Positions 25,061 through 37,759 are shown, counted from the first letter of the stretch. The stretch is DNA of 64,000 bases from Mobula hypostoma (GCF_963921235.1 NC_086097.1:199394001-199458000); one strand, 5' to 3'. Notes: generated by a model from the letters alone, not told the origin. A program made the numbers and translations.

Positions 25061-25927
25061 TTTCACGTGACCAGCAACAATGAATACAGAATTGAGTCAG
25101 GTTTTATAAAAACAAACAAACATTTATTAAACTCTGCTCAAAAATAGCGAAATGTATTTAAACAACTAACTTAACCGGAAGTTAACTGCTATACGGCAAC
25201 TCTGGAACAATTCTTAAAAGGGTAAATGCGAAAACAGTTCTTAAAGTGGTAAATTCGAGCAAGGTTCTTAGAATGGTAAATTAAAAAGTCCAAGAGATTT
25301 ATACAGTCAATTAGGAGAGACTTCCCTGAAGTAAAGAATTCCTCGAAGACATGACGTTACTGCTGATCCCAGCTGGAATCTCCCTTGTCCGCAGGATTCA
25401 CGAGGACAGAAATAAAATGGTTTAAAGAAACTGACCTTTTTCTCTGGAGAACAGACAATGCACAATCCTTCCTGCTTTAGCAGAGGATATCTCAGATGCA
25501 AGTCACTTTTTCTTGAACGAAGATTCAATAAAGATCGATCCTTTCCAAAACCGCCAAATGATATCAGCTTTACTCGATTCTGGGAGTTCCTGCACTTTAG
25601 TAAGGTCTGCACTCTCCAATGCTACTTATAGTAAAAAGTAGAACTCCACCTTGAAATGAAACTGCATCATAAGATGAATACGTAGCATAACGGAGTATCT
25701 GATGAATTAAATAACGAACTAAACTTAAAACTCAACTGGAAAAACTAACTGCGTCACACCAGGGGTCTCCCTTTATATACCTGGTGAGAACATGTCATCA
25801 CGTGACCTCACATCGGCAGGAAAATTGCATCATGTGACCTCCACAAGAACATTACGTCATGCTCATCAGATACTCAATTAAATCCCGGTCATAAGACAGT
25901 CACAAGATACCCATCAGGTATGTAACA
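25061..25927 (-). mobile_element. Solo LTR (867 bp) inserted in Gypsy pol
   Basis: Ends T(T)TCACG...TGTAACA; 4-bp TSD GCTT (25057-25060 / 25928-25931); host reading IDKHG|LHK restored on removal; minus-strand TATAAA ~25775 and AATAAA ~25125. Confidence 0.82.
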
Positions 25928-28011
25928 GCTTACATAAGTCACAAAAGAAGAATGAAGCAGTGCGATAGGCTCCCAAACCAGAAAAAGTGTCACAACTCAG
26001 GTGACACTTGGGCCTTGGAAACCACTACCACTAGTTTCTCCTAAACAGTGCTACTGTGCTGCACTGCTGCATTTAGGAGTAAAGTGGCAATGATCGGAAA
26101 GGGACTAATAATATCAGATGAACCGCTCACGCATTATGACCCACCTCTGCCCATCAGACTGGCGTGCGATACATCCTGTTATGGCATTCAAGCCATTTTG
26201 TCACTCACTATGAAAGATAGATCTGAACACCCAATTGCACTTACTTCAAGATCACTGACAAGCGCAGAACGAAACTATGCACAGATCGACTGAGAGGCCC
26301 TTAGTCTAGTATGGGAAATAATGTAATTCCACCACTACCTCTAGAGAAAAAAGTTTACGCTAATGACAGATCTTCAGCCGTTTGTGTCTATTTTCAATCC
26401 CAGGAAGGGAATTCCAGTGGTGACTGCTACTCAGTTACAATATTGGGGACACTGTTCTAGGGAGCCCACTGTTATGACATACACTTTAAGGGTACTAAAA
26501 AACACAACAATGCCGATGACTTGTCATGTTTTCCACTGTTGACAACTGAAGAAGAAAAGTCTTCATGCTGTGACCCAACATTGGTGCACTAGTTGCCAGT
26601 GACAAATTCTGAAATACAAAGGGAAACAAAGAATGACCTAATATTGTCAAAAGTCTATGAAATCACCATGCAAGGATGTCCAGTTCATTGTAACCCAATG
26701 TTTCCAGAATTCTCAGCGAGATGAGACCAACTGTCGGTATGTCAAAGAATACTGATGTGTGGATCTCATGTTGTGGTTCCCTCTAAACTGTACACAAGCG
26801 TGTTAGAAAATCTGCATGAAGGACATCTGGGTTGAATCAAGATGAAGAATCTTGCACGGAGTTATGTGTGTAGGCCAGGAATAGATAAAGAGATTGAACA
26901 CTTGGCTAAGAGCTGTTCAGGATGTGAAAACGTTCAAAATGCACTCCCACAGGCACCATCACACCCAAGGGAGTGGCCATCATCATCATGGCAAAGAGCG
27001 TATATTGACTTTGCTGGGCCATTCATGAGCTACATGTTTTTGATTTCTGTGAATGGTCATTTGAAGTCACCGAAGGTTATACCAATGAAGTCAAACACCT
27101 CAGCAAAGATGGTCTACACCCTGAGGACTATCTTCTCCAGAAACAGCTTACCAGAACAAATTGTAAGTGACAACAGACCACAATACATGACAGAAGAGTT
27201 CAGCCTAATCATGAGAAAAATGGCATCAGACATTTGAAGTCAGCTCTTCACTATCCAACAACAAATGGGTTAACTGAAAGGTTTATTCAAGCCTTCAAGA
27301 AGTCCATTAAAGCTAAGGACAAGGAGGACATTTCTCTACACCACAAGGTGGACAATTTCCTTTTTGCTTATAGGAACTCTGTTCATGCAATAACAAATCA
27401 AACACCTGCAATGCTGTTCATGAACAAGAATCTGAGATCCCGCATTGACCTCCTGAAACCAGACCTCTGGGGGGAAGTACAGAATAAACAGTTCAACTAG
27501 TTGCCAAGTGAGTCAGCAAAGAGCTTCGAGATTGGATAGGAACTCCTAGTGTGTGATTACCGAAAAGACAAGTGGACACCCTGTAAGATAGCTACAACTG
27601 CTGTACACAGCGGATTTTGGAGATCACACGTGGAGATGTCATGTGGACAAGATATTGCATGCTCAACTGAAGAACACACCTGAGTCGATTGCATGCAACA
27701 AGACACATGCATTACAGCTACCGGCCTTAACTCTCAGTGATGCTCATGTCACTGATAGCAACATGACACTGACAACCAAGTATGTTATCTTAGACAAGAC
27801 CCCTACCAAACCTGATGTCACTCCACAGGTCCAGAGGGGCTATCCTGATAGAAACAGAGCACCACCCAGAAGACTGAATTTTTGGAACAGTGAAGTTAAT
27901 TATGGACTGTTTTTGTGAAAGCATGTTTATTTGAATATGGTTTGTGAAAGGGAGATTGAATATTTTGTATATATACAATTTTATATTACATTAATCCAAA
28001 GGGGGAGGAAG

Positions 28012-28208
28012 TGTAATGTATGGATCTATTTCTTTTAGAGCAATGACTCCCCTTAGCACTACATATGGATTGTTGTCTATGCATGTGTATTGATCTGTTG
28101 TCTATGCATGTGCATTGTCTCTGTCTTCCTGCAATGTGAGTAGACTAGTTAAAGCCATCTCCTCTGTGCATACTTTTATTTTAATTGATATGTGGTTGCA
28201 CAGACACA
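28012..28208 (+). repeat. 3' LTR of Gypsy element 1
   Basis: TGTAATG...CACA directly after the PPT. Confidence 0.92.
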
Positions 28209-28567
28209 AGTAGCATCAAAAAATGGGGCATTTGCAATCCTAATATTGCATCCTAATGTGTTGGGGAAAAAATGAGCTGGATCCTTTCTGTACTTAAATT
28301 ATAGAGTTTGACCCTTTTTGGTGTGTGAATTAAGACAAGATTACATCTAAAATTTGTTAATCAGAAAACCTGCATTCTAATACCATGTCTGTTATAGTTA
28401 TCTATTTTAAAATACCCTAACTTGGCTGGAAAGCCCACAGAAGCATGAGAGATCAACCTTTGAAGGGCATCTTCTATCAGTGTGAGATTACTTTTGTGTA
28501 AGGAAAATTAAAGCTTTGTTTACTAAAGTGAAATTAAATTTTCATGGGTCACTGATAGTCAAATGCG

Positions 28568-30945
28568 TTATAATCATGTAACAATTACAGCATGGAAACA
28601 GGCCATCTCGGCCCTTCTGATCTGCACCGAACACTTACTCTCACTTAGTCCCATCTACCTGCACTCAGCCCATAACCCTCCATTCCTTTCCTGTCCATAT
28701 ACCTATCCGATTTTTTTTTAAATGACAAAATCGAACCTGCTTCTACCACTTCTATTGGAAGCTCGTTCCACACAGCTACCACTCTCATGTTACACCTAAA
28801 CTTTTGCCCTTTAACTCTCAACTCATGTCCTCTTGTTTGAATCTCCCCTACTCTCAATGAAAGTAGCCTATCCATGTCAACTCTATGTATCCCCCTCATA
28901 ATTTTAAATACCTCTATCAAGTTCCCCCTCAACCTTCTACGCTCCAAAGAATAAAGACCTAAATTGTTCAACTTCTCTGTAATTTAGGTGCTGAAACCCA
29001 GGTAACATTCTAGCAAATCTCCTCTGTACTCTCTCTATTTTGTTGCCGTCTTTCCTATAATTCGGTAACCAGAACTGTACACAATACTCCAAATTTGACC
29101 TCACTGATGCCTTGTACAATTTTAACATTACATCCCAACTCCTATACTCAATGCTGTGATTTATAAAGACCAGCATACCAAAAGCTTTATTTACCACCCT
29201 ATCCACATGAGATTCCACCTTCAGGGAACTATGCACCATTATTCCTAGATTCCTCTGTTCTACTGCATTCCTCAATGCCCTACCATTTACCTTGTATAAC
29301 CTATTTTGATTAGTCCTACCAAAATGTAGCAGCTCACACTTAGCAGCATTAAACTCCATCTGCCAACCTTCAGCCCAATCTTCTAACTGGCCTAAATCTC
29401 TCTTCAAGCTTTGAAAACCTACTTCATTATTAACAACGCCATCTACCTTAGTATTATCTGCATACTTACTAATCCAATTTACCACCCCATCATTCAGATC
29501 ATTAATGTATATGACAAATAACACTGGACCCAGTACAGATCCCAGAGGCACACCACTAATCACTGGCCACCAACGTGACAAACAGTTATCCACTGCTACT
29601 CTCTGGCATCTCCCAGACAGCCACTGTTGAATCCATTTTACTACTTCAATATTAATACTAACGATTGAACCTTCCTAACCAGCCTTCCATGTGGAGCTTT
29701 GTCAAAGGCCTTACTGAAGTCCATATAGATAACATCCACCGTTTTACCCTTGTCAATTTTCCTAGTAACCTCTTCAAAAAGTTCAATAAGATTTGTCAAA
29801 CATGATCTTCCATGCACAAATCCATGTTGACTGTTCCTCATCAGACCCTGTCTATCCAGATAATTATAAATACCATCTCTAAGAATACCTTCCATTAACT
29901 TATCCACCACTGACGTCAAACTTACAGGCCGATAATTGCTAGGTTTACTCTTAGAACCCTTTTTAAACAATGGAACCACATGAGCAGTACGCCAATCCTC
30001 CGTCACCATCCCCGTTCCTAATGACATTTGAAATATTTCTGTCAGAGCCCCTGCTATTTCTACACTAACTTCCCTCAAGGTCCTAGGGAATATCCTGTCA
30101 GGACCCAGAGACTTATCCACTTTTATATTCTTTAAACTGGACAGCTATATGGACAGGAAAGGAATGGAGGGTTATGGGCTGAGTGCAGGTCGGTGGGACT
30201 AGGTGAGAGTAAGAGTTCAGCGTGGACTAGAAGGGCCGAGATGGCCTGTTTCTGTGCTGTAATTGTTATATGGTTATATGGTTAAAAGCGCCAGTACTTC
30301 CTCTTCTTTAATCGTCATACTTTTATAGCTACCCTACTTGTTTCCCTTACCTTACACAATTTAATAGCCTCTCCTTAGTGGATACCAAAGAGAAGAAATG
30401 GTTTAAAATCTCCCCCATCTCTTTTGGCTCTGCACATAACTGTCCACTCTGATTCTCTAAGGGACCAATTTTATCCTTCACTATCCTTTTGCTTTTAATA
30501 TAACTGTAGAAACCCTTTGGATTTATTTTCACCTTACTTGCCAGAGCAACCCTCATATCTTCTTTTAGCTTTCCTAATTTCTTTCTTAAGATTCTTTTTA
30601 CATTCTTTATATTCCTCAAGCACCTCATTCACTCCAAGCTGCCTCTATTTAGTGTAGATTTCTCTCTTTTTCTGAACCAAGTTTCCAATATCCCTTGAAA
30701 ACCAAGGCTCTCTCAAACTTTCAACCTTTCCCTTCAACCTAACAGGAACATAAAGATTCTGTACCCTCAAAATGTCACCTTTAAATGACCTCCATTTCTC
30801 TATTACATCCTTCCCATAGAACACTTTGTCCCAATCCACTCCTTCTAAATCCTTTCGCATCTCCTTAAAGTTAGCTTTTCTCCAGTCAAAAATCTCAACC
30901 CTGGTTCCAGTCCTATCCTTCTCCAAAATTAGAGTGAAGCTAACT
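28568..30945 (-). mobile_element. CR1 LINE, 5'-truncated, decayed
   Basis: Minus-strand ORFs NYRPVSLTSV, YMDFSKAFDK, GVPLGSVLGP, KYADN, LYSLERRRLRG. Confidence 0.95.
30137..30281 (+). mobile_element. Short CR1 3'-end insertion, antisense within a CR1 of the same subfamily
   Basis: (GTTATATG)n tail; TSD TTAAA (30132-30136 / 30282-30286); reverse complement of ~28580-28715. Confidence 0.88.
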
Positions 30946-31034
30946 TGTGATAGCAACTTTCACATAACATTTAACCAATGTGGCCTTTCTAACACCTTTC
31001 AATTTCTGCACACTAAAATCTAAATGGATTTTCT

Positions 31035-31215
31035 TCATGGGTTTTCACCAGGTCTTTCAGTTCCCTCCCACAGTCCAAAAACATATAGGGTAGGGTCATT
31101 GGTTATAGTATTTATCCAATGACTAGCTAAGGGTTAAACAGGGGTTGTTGGGGATTGCTGGCTGGTGTGGCTCAAAGAGCCAGTGGGCCTATCCGCAATG
31201 TATCTCTAAATAAAT
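31035..31215 (+). mobile_element. V-SINE fragment
   Basis: GGGTTTTC..GGT..CAGTTCCCTCCCACAGTCCAAA core; TGTATCTCTAAATAAA tail. Confidence 0.65.
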
Positions 31216-31519
31216 CTCAGTAACAACTTTATTATAAGTGAGCTTCAGCTCTCAAAGGTACATGATTTACGAACGGTGTTAAACTCAGCTTTAAAATTAT
31301 GTAAAGGTTTATAAAGTTTAAACAAAGGTGTACATTTTCTTTTTTCTTCCCCTTTTGCACTTAAACTTTGGTTCAGTCTTATGTCTTCAAAATGACAAAA
31401 TAATTTCCTAAGCTGCTTTACAACCAATCTTTTCTTTGGAACACTAGAATTATTTAATTTTGATTGAAAATATCAGGTGAGTTCTTTTTTATATATTTTT
31501 AAAATTGTGGTTTAGATGT

Positions 31520-31756
31520 GCGGGGTACCTTAGAGGTACTTTACAGCACTGGCAAGCAGGTTCAATTCCCTCCCATGTCTGTAAGGAGTTTGCATGTTCT
31601 CCCATGACCATGTGGGATTCCTCCAGGTGCTCTGGCTTCCCCCCACATTCCAAACACATATGGGTTAGAAGGTTAAATAATAAAATGGATGTAATTGGGT
31701 GGCATGGGCTCATTGTGCCAGAAATGCTTGTTACAATGCTGTATCTCTAAAAAATA
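31520..31756 (+). mobile_element. tRNA-derived V-SINE
   Basis: B-box-like GGTTCAATTCC; V-domain GGAGTTTGCATGTTCTCCC..GGTGCTCTGGCTTCCCCCCACATTCCAAA. Confidence 0.8.
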
Positions 31757-33704
31757 GAACTACGAAATTCACCTTCGGGTGTATTATTGAGACACTGAAT
31801 TTTGGCTGAGGCTCTGTTGCATTGGAATTTGAGATTGCCTGAGATATGCAACAATCCATGTGGTAAATATGTTGTTATGACATATTTATCTATTTGTCAC
31901 TGTTGCTATGGAAATAAAGGATATTGCTTAAAGAACATCTGCTTTGGATTATTCCTGAAGTAATATTACATGAACCTGCTTGGCCAGAATAGAATTATTT
32001 AAATGGAATCCCAAGCAATTCCCAACCCAATTCTGGGAGACGAACATGCACACTTTAACTTCTTGATTTACCTGACCTCCTCAAACCCTCAAAGTATTGC
32101 ACACCTTGTCCCTCTCAAATCCTTCTGAAAATTCCCTTCCTCCAGACTCAACATCTAGAACCATCCAACCTCCTCCAAATGCTCATCTCAAAAATCAGAT
32201 CATGGCCATACTTAGGACTTCAGCTACTCTGCATTCCTCCAACTCATTTCAACCCCTCTCACCCAGCCCCTGTCTTAGATCCTCTATTCTCTTTCCTCAG
32301 ATGCAACGTGACCTACTGTGTATTTCCAGGAAGTTTTACTTTTATTTTATATTTCTAGCATCAGTTTTTTAAATTTGCTATATTGGGTTCTATCTATAGT
32401 TCTTTGCACAGTTATATGAGCAACATAAGATAAAAGCTTCCAGACTTGTAGATATTTCATACTTTTTTCTGATCTGAATGGACACGTCATAAAATTCATG
32501 TGGATTTTTATGTGTGGTTCAGAATTATGGTATTAACAGGAATGTTTAGAAAGTTTTGATGTCCATACTTTGAATATTTCAAAAACTCACTGATTTAAAC
32601 TAATTACACATTAACTTGAAAACCACATCTGGAGCTATTGGTTTAAGTTGTTCTTAGCCGTAATCTGTATTTCAAGTTTGATTGCGCACATTCTTTACTG
32701 CTTGATAGAAAGTAGAGAATATCAGGCTACAGCTTGATGCAAGATGTACAATATTCAGATAGAGTTTGAAGAATTAAATATGGCTTCCATAGTTTAGAAC
32801 TATTCTCGAGAGTTAAAATACGTCTCACACGTCAATTGTATTGATTTGGAATATTCACATTTATTCACCACTGACTCTACTTGAAGGCTTATCTCCTAAC
32901 TCAGCCTATCTACTTACAAACATCATTATTAGAATCGGTAATTAGTCCGACTTGATGCTGCAAATCAGATTGATTTTGTTTGAGATTATATCCACTGGAA
33001 AATAAATCAAATACAGTCTAAAATAAATCTGTTAAGAACCTTTGAAAGATTCTGACTTTTGTTGCATTTACTGTATGATTACTATGCAATTCAGGCCTAA
33101 TATTTAGTTATGTGGTGGACCTGACATCATTAAAGTAAGGAATGCATTCTGAAAACTGCACCTATAAGGCATATTTGGAGAATCAGAGCTATATTAATAG
33201 TATATCTTCTGGAAAATAGCGATAATTTACCAGTATGTATTCCATCTGTGACATTCAAATATGAGACAAAATTGGCACTTAATTAAAATTAAGTTTACAC
33301 AAAGACAATTGGGATGTCATATGGTAATTTTTCATGTTCAGGATGACAAAAATTACTCGGCTGAAAATATCTAACAACATTCTGTATGAACATGGTGCAC
33401 TGGCCCTACCAGTACTTGTAACAAGGAGGAACTGGGTTGGATTTTTTTCAAAACTATGCTCGAAAGAATTCAGTTGGAGGGATTTGAAAAAGAAGCGAGT
33501 GGGAGCAGTTGGGACATTCTGTCTGCCACAATTTCCAAGGAGACATTGGATTGTGCAATATTAGTCACGTGGCAAGGGCCAATAAAATGAATTAGGGTTA
33601 AAGAGAGCAGCCACTGTGGGACTGACAAAGGTGAGAGGCTTCGGCTCATAGAGGAGAGGCCAGGGAATACTTCTTTGTTGCTATGTAGAACTGTCTATGT
33701 TCAA

Positions 33705-33905
33705 AGACTTCCCCAATTAGACTCCTCAACTCTTCCTCCACTGCATTGATGACAGTATTGGCACTGCCTTAGGCACCAGTTGAGCTTGTCAATTTTATCA
33801 ACTTTGACTCTAACTGCCATCCTGCCCTTAAAGTGACTTGGTCCATCTCTGACTTCTCCCTCCGCTTTCTCCATCTCTGCAGACAAACAGTCAACTAACA
33901 TCTTG
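33705..33905 (+). mobile_element. Penelope-like RT fragment
   Basis: PQLFLH-CIDD, ELVNFINF, HPALK.TWSISD. Confidence 0.75.
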
Positions 33906-34102
33906 AGATTAGGTTGCGATTCTAAATTGGTGAAAGGCCAATTTTGATAATATCGGAAAGCTTCTGGCAAGTCTGGATTAGGACAGGCTGATTTCTGCAA
34001 GTACCGGGTAAGTGGGAGGCCTTCAAAAGTGAAAATTTGAGAGTGTAGTTTATATGTTCCTGTCAGAATAAAAAAAAACAAAGATAACAGGTTTACGGAA
34101 TC

Positions 34103-34373
34103 ACAAGAAAATCTGCAGATGCCGGAAATTCAAGCAACACACACAAAATGCTGGTGAACGCAGCAAGCCAGGCAGCATCTATATGAAGAAGTACAGTCGA
34201 CGTTTTGGGCTGAGACCCTTCGTCAGAACTAACCGAAAGAAGAGATAGTAAGAGATTTGAAAGTGGGAGGGGGAGGGGGAGATCCAAAGAAGATGGGAGG
34301 GGGAGGGATGAAGCTAAGAGCTGGAAAGTTGATTGGCAAAAGGGATACAGAGCTGGAGAGGGGGGAGGATCAT
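34103..34373 (-). mobile_element. Penelope-like 3' end with hammerhead motif
   Basis: CTGCAGATGCCGGAAATTCAAGCAACACACACAAAATGCTGG...; TSD GGAATC (34097-34102 / 34374-34379). Confidence 0.85.
34194..34231 (-). ncRNA. Minimal type I hammerhead ribozyme motif (GAAA mutated to AAAA)
   Basis: Minus strand TAGTT-CTGACGA-AGGGTCTCAGCCC-AAAA-CGTC-GACTG. Confidence 0.7.
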
Positions 34374-35774
34374 GGAATCTTAGTTTTCAAGAGATATTGA
34401 GGCCCTGCTGAAGAAAAAGAAGGAGGTGTATAGCATGTAAAGGCAGGAAGGAGCTAATAAGGAACATGAGGAGCACAATAAATGCCAGGGAACACTTAAG
34501 AAGGGAATCAGGTGGGTTAAAATAAGAAATGAGGTTGCTCTAGCAAATAATGTGAAGGAGAATCCTAACGGCTTCCCACAAAAAGAATTTGTTTCCAATA
34601 CCAGCACCTGACTGTGACTTCCATTAAGATAAATCCTGTATGTACCTATTGTACTTAGCGATCCATTTCACCAATTTCTTGCCATCATTGGCTTAAAACT
34701 TAACAATATCCCCAACTCTGCCAATACTCCAATATTCTGATCCTTTGAGACCCTGAAGGTCCATTCATGATTAACTACCAAAACAGCCCTCCCAACCTCC
34801 ACAACCACCCATCTGACCTTGATTGCCAACCACAATATCAGTCCCATTGTCCCCCACCTTGGCCCTGAACTATGGATCCAACAGGTAATACCCCATTTCA
34901 CGAGTCCTAAATTAAGGCCCTGAGTGCCAGCTCTCTCTCTGCCACCCAACCCTCAGAAAATTATGACACATTTTCTTTTGAGTAATCCTCAGAGTGGGAT
35001 GAAGGTGTGAATTAGATCCGAGGTATCTACATTTTCAGGGGATTTTCCAGTGAGAACAATTCACAAATGCCTTTCAATCTTGTCAAATGACTAATTTCTG
35101 CAGATTAAACTGCAGAAATCTGCCTAAAAGGTATAGGCTGTGGAGGAACAGGAGCTCAATGAAAACAGTATTGGGATGTTGACTTTTAATTTAATAGATA
35201 CATATTTTAGAAGTTGCTGTCATATCATTGTACAAATGCTGACAACTTCACTATCATAATAACTACCAAGTTTAAGTCAATACTAATTCATCTTTTTAAG
35301 AGTAATCATGATCTTAAATGACCATTTCAATTGTGATGATCCTGAAAGCAGTGATTCCCTTAATCAAAAATAGTATACCACCAACAAACTAGCATCGGTC
35401 ACATTTTTGAAGATATTCTTAAATGAGCATTTATGAAGTAACTTGCCAGCAAAGCTTAAACATGCTGCTAAAAAATGTATCATACTGCATGTTTCGTCTT
35501 ATGACGCATCGTAATCTGCTATATTAATTTAAGCTCAACTCCTTAAAAGTGCTGTTCCAATTAAGGCAGCAAAAAGCACGCCCTGAGACTGCTCTGACTT
35601 ATTGGATAACTGCAAAAGATATTCACAGGCTGATAGGCTAGGAGGTGGGTAAATTTACCTGTTTCCTCTGCAATAGTTGAGTCAGCATCCAGAAGGGAAA
35701 ATGTATGGATTTATGTCAAGTATATCATCTGCCTACATTGGCAATTATGAAGACAAGAATCTTGATTTATAAAA

Positions 35775-36290
35775 GAGACACAACAGACTGCATATGCTAG
35801 AATCAAAGTTCAAAGTATCTGAAGCCACACACAAAAATGAGGGAGAAAATCAGCAGGTCAGCAGTATCTATGGAGGGAAATGGATGTTTTGGGATGAGCT
35901 CTTTATCTGAACTGTCAGGTTCAGAGGAGGTTGCCATTGATTCTAAAGGTGCAGTATATAAAACTGGAGAGAAGGTGTGGAGAAAGAGCTAATGGGTGAT
36001 AGGTGGGTCTAGGTAAAGAGGGATAATAGGTAGCTAGAAGAGGGGAGAGTAGGAATAGTACAAGAAGCTGTGAGGTGACAGATGGAGGTAATACGGGCTG
36101 ACAGTGATGGAAATGAATAGAAGAGGAAGATGGAGAATGGGATAGAGGAAGGGAGGTGGGGAGGGCAGATGTGAATAGTTGGAAAGGGGGTACCAATAGG
36201 AGAGAGTGTGGGTGATAAGCAGATGGAGAGGGTGGGGAAGGAGAAAGAGACATGGTGATGAAGGCCAAGTAGATCAGGAGGAGCTGAGAC
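35775..36290 (-). mobile_element. Decayed Penelope-like 3' end
   Basis: CACACAAAAATG..TCAGCAGGTCAGCAGTATCTATGGAG followed by a purine-rich tract. Confidence 0.6.
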
Positions 36291-36504
36291 CGTGAAAAGT
36301 GTTATATAAATGCAACTCTATTTTCCTGATTCTTAAATAGGCCTTAGATTTTCTCACTGCACTGATTCACTCTTTATTGAAAATTATCTTTCAGTCATTC
36401 CCTTTCCTATGGCTCATCTTTCAATGTACACCCTATTCTCTTTAGCACTACATTTCCTTGCCATTTTCCCTCAGCTTTCCATGATCTGAAATTGAGAGAA
36501 AAAG

Positions 36505-36790
36505 ATTAACTTTATTTGTCACATGTACATCAAAACATCGAAGCTTACAGTACAATACATCATGTGTATCAACACCCAGTACAGTCCAAGGGTGTACAGG
36601 GGTCAGGTCGCAAGTGTCGTCATGCTTCAAGTGCCAACATAACATGCTGACACTTGCTAACTCTAAGCTGTATGTCTTTAGAATGTGGAAAGTCATGGGG
36701 AGAACATCATAATTCTTTCCAGACAATGGTGGGAATTGAACCCTGATCACTGATGCTGTGAAGTGTTGCTCTACCATACCGTGTTGCCTA
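36505..36790 (-). mobile_element. tRNA-derived SINE (V-SINE-like) with AATAAA tail
   Basis: Minus-strand GGGTTCAATTCC B box, GTTCTCCCCATGAC, TGTGACAAATAAAG. Confidence 0.7.
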
Positions 36791-36888
36791 TAATTGGTCC
36801 TTGCCCATCTAGATCCATTGCAGAGGGGCTATCTTGTTAAGTGGTTGTACCCTGAAATCCAGCAATGTAGTCTGGATATTGACTGGTC

Positions 36889-37505
36889 TAACACCCTGGG
36901 AAAGGTTTCACTGCTAACATGATGGTCTTTCTGTAGAAGCAGTGTTTGGGTTATGGTTAGAGATAATGGGTGTTTTGGAATGTGAGCCATCCAATGAAGG
37001 GAGTGTGTTTTTCATGTTGTGTGCCTGACACCGGTGTGAGCCGGGTCCTTGTTTGGCGGGAGATGAAGGGAGAAGACGCCGGAGAGAAGAGGTCATAGGA
37101 CTCGACCCGGAGCTGGGCTATGATCTGATGAAGCCCGGGGAGATCGAAGGACGATCGGCGAGGGGGAAACCATGAGCTCCAACTTGTGTACATTAGACTG
37201 TTTTATTAAAATGGGCTCTTTTCTTTCTTTTGCCTTTTCTTTACTAACCCTTTGGTCAAATTAAGAATTATAAAGCTATATCGTTTAATTGTATGGGGGC
37301 TACTGGCTGTTATTTTGTGGTAGTTATTTGTAACAGGGCACTTAGTCAATATAGTGAAATAACGGACAGTACGCTGCATACAGTCATGCGGCATCCGCAC
37401 AAGCAGGAGGTTTCAGGGTGGGCTTGCACCTCAGTATCACACGTCCGGCGGGGTAGGAGATTGTCTTCTCTAGACTTATGCAGCCAATGGAACCAGAGGG
37501 TTTCA
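36889..37505. mobile_element. Solo LTR-like insertion (617 bp)
   Basis: Imperfect short inverted ends TAACACCC...GGGTTTCA; 6-bp TSD CTGGTC (36883-36888 / 37506-37511); CpG-rich. Confidence 0.72.
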
Positions 37506-37525
37506 CTGGTCTTTAGGCAGAAAAG

Positions 37526-37759
37526 TATACTTTTATACTTTATACTTTATTGTCGCCAAACAATTGATCCTAGAGCATACAATCATCACAGCGATATCTG
37601 ATTCTGCTCTTCATGCTCCCTGGAGTACAAATCGATAGTAAGTATTAAAAATTTAAATTATAAATCATAAATAGAAAATAGAAAAGGGAAAGTAAGGTAG
37701 TGCAAAAAAACCGAGAGGCAGGTCCGGATATTTGGAGGGTACGGCCCAGATCCGGGTCA
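37526..37759 (-). mobile_element. Rex1 3' UTR, short 5'-truncated copy
   Basis: (TACTTT)n tail; highly similar to ~56312-56570. Confidence 0.85.

Larger units (their letters stand above)
22962..28208 (+). mobile_element. Gypsy (Mag/K02A2.6-like) LTR retrotransposon, both LTRs, decayed and internally deleted
   Basis: LTRs 22962-23162 and 28012-28208; TSD AGTAA/AGTAG; PBS TGGTGATGAG; PPT AAAGGGGGAGGAAG; gag (GKVDEFD..WESYIE), RT (QCYLD), RNase H (LACDTS..NYAQID), integrase (C..C, WQRAYIDFAGPF, SDN, YRNSVH). Confidence 0.93.
33905..34580 (+). mobile_element. Decayed CR1 ORF2 fragment split by a Penelope-like end
   Basis: KWEAFKSE..YVPVR, FSRDIEALLKKK, NVKENP. Confidence 0.7.

Noticed and set aside
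31378..31482. Candidate coding exon ending in a strong CAG|GTGAGT donor
   Set aside because: Stop codons in all three frames between the nearest acceptor and the donor
31520..31580. tRNA gene
   Set aside because: Only a B-box-like motif at the head of a V-SINE; no cloverleaf
37120..37160. CTGATGA resembling a hammerhead core in the solo LTR
   Set aside because: No helix II followed by GAAA, and no helix I pairing
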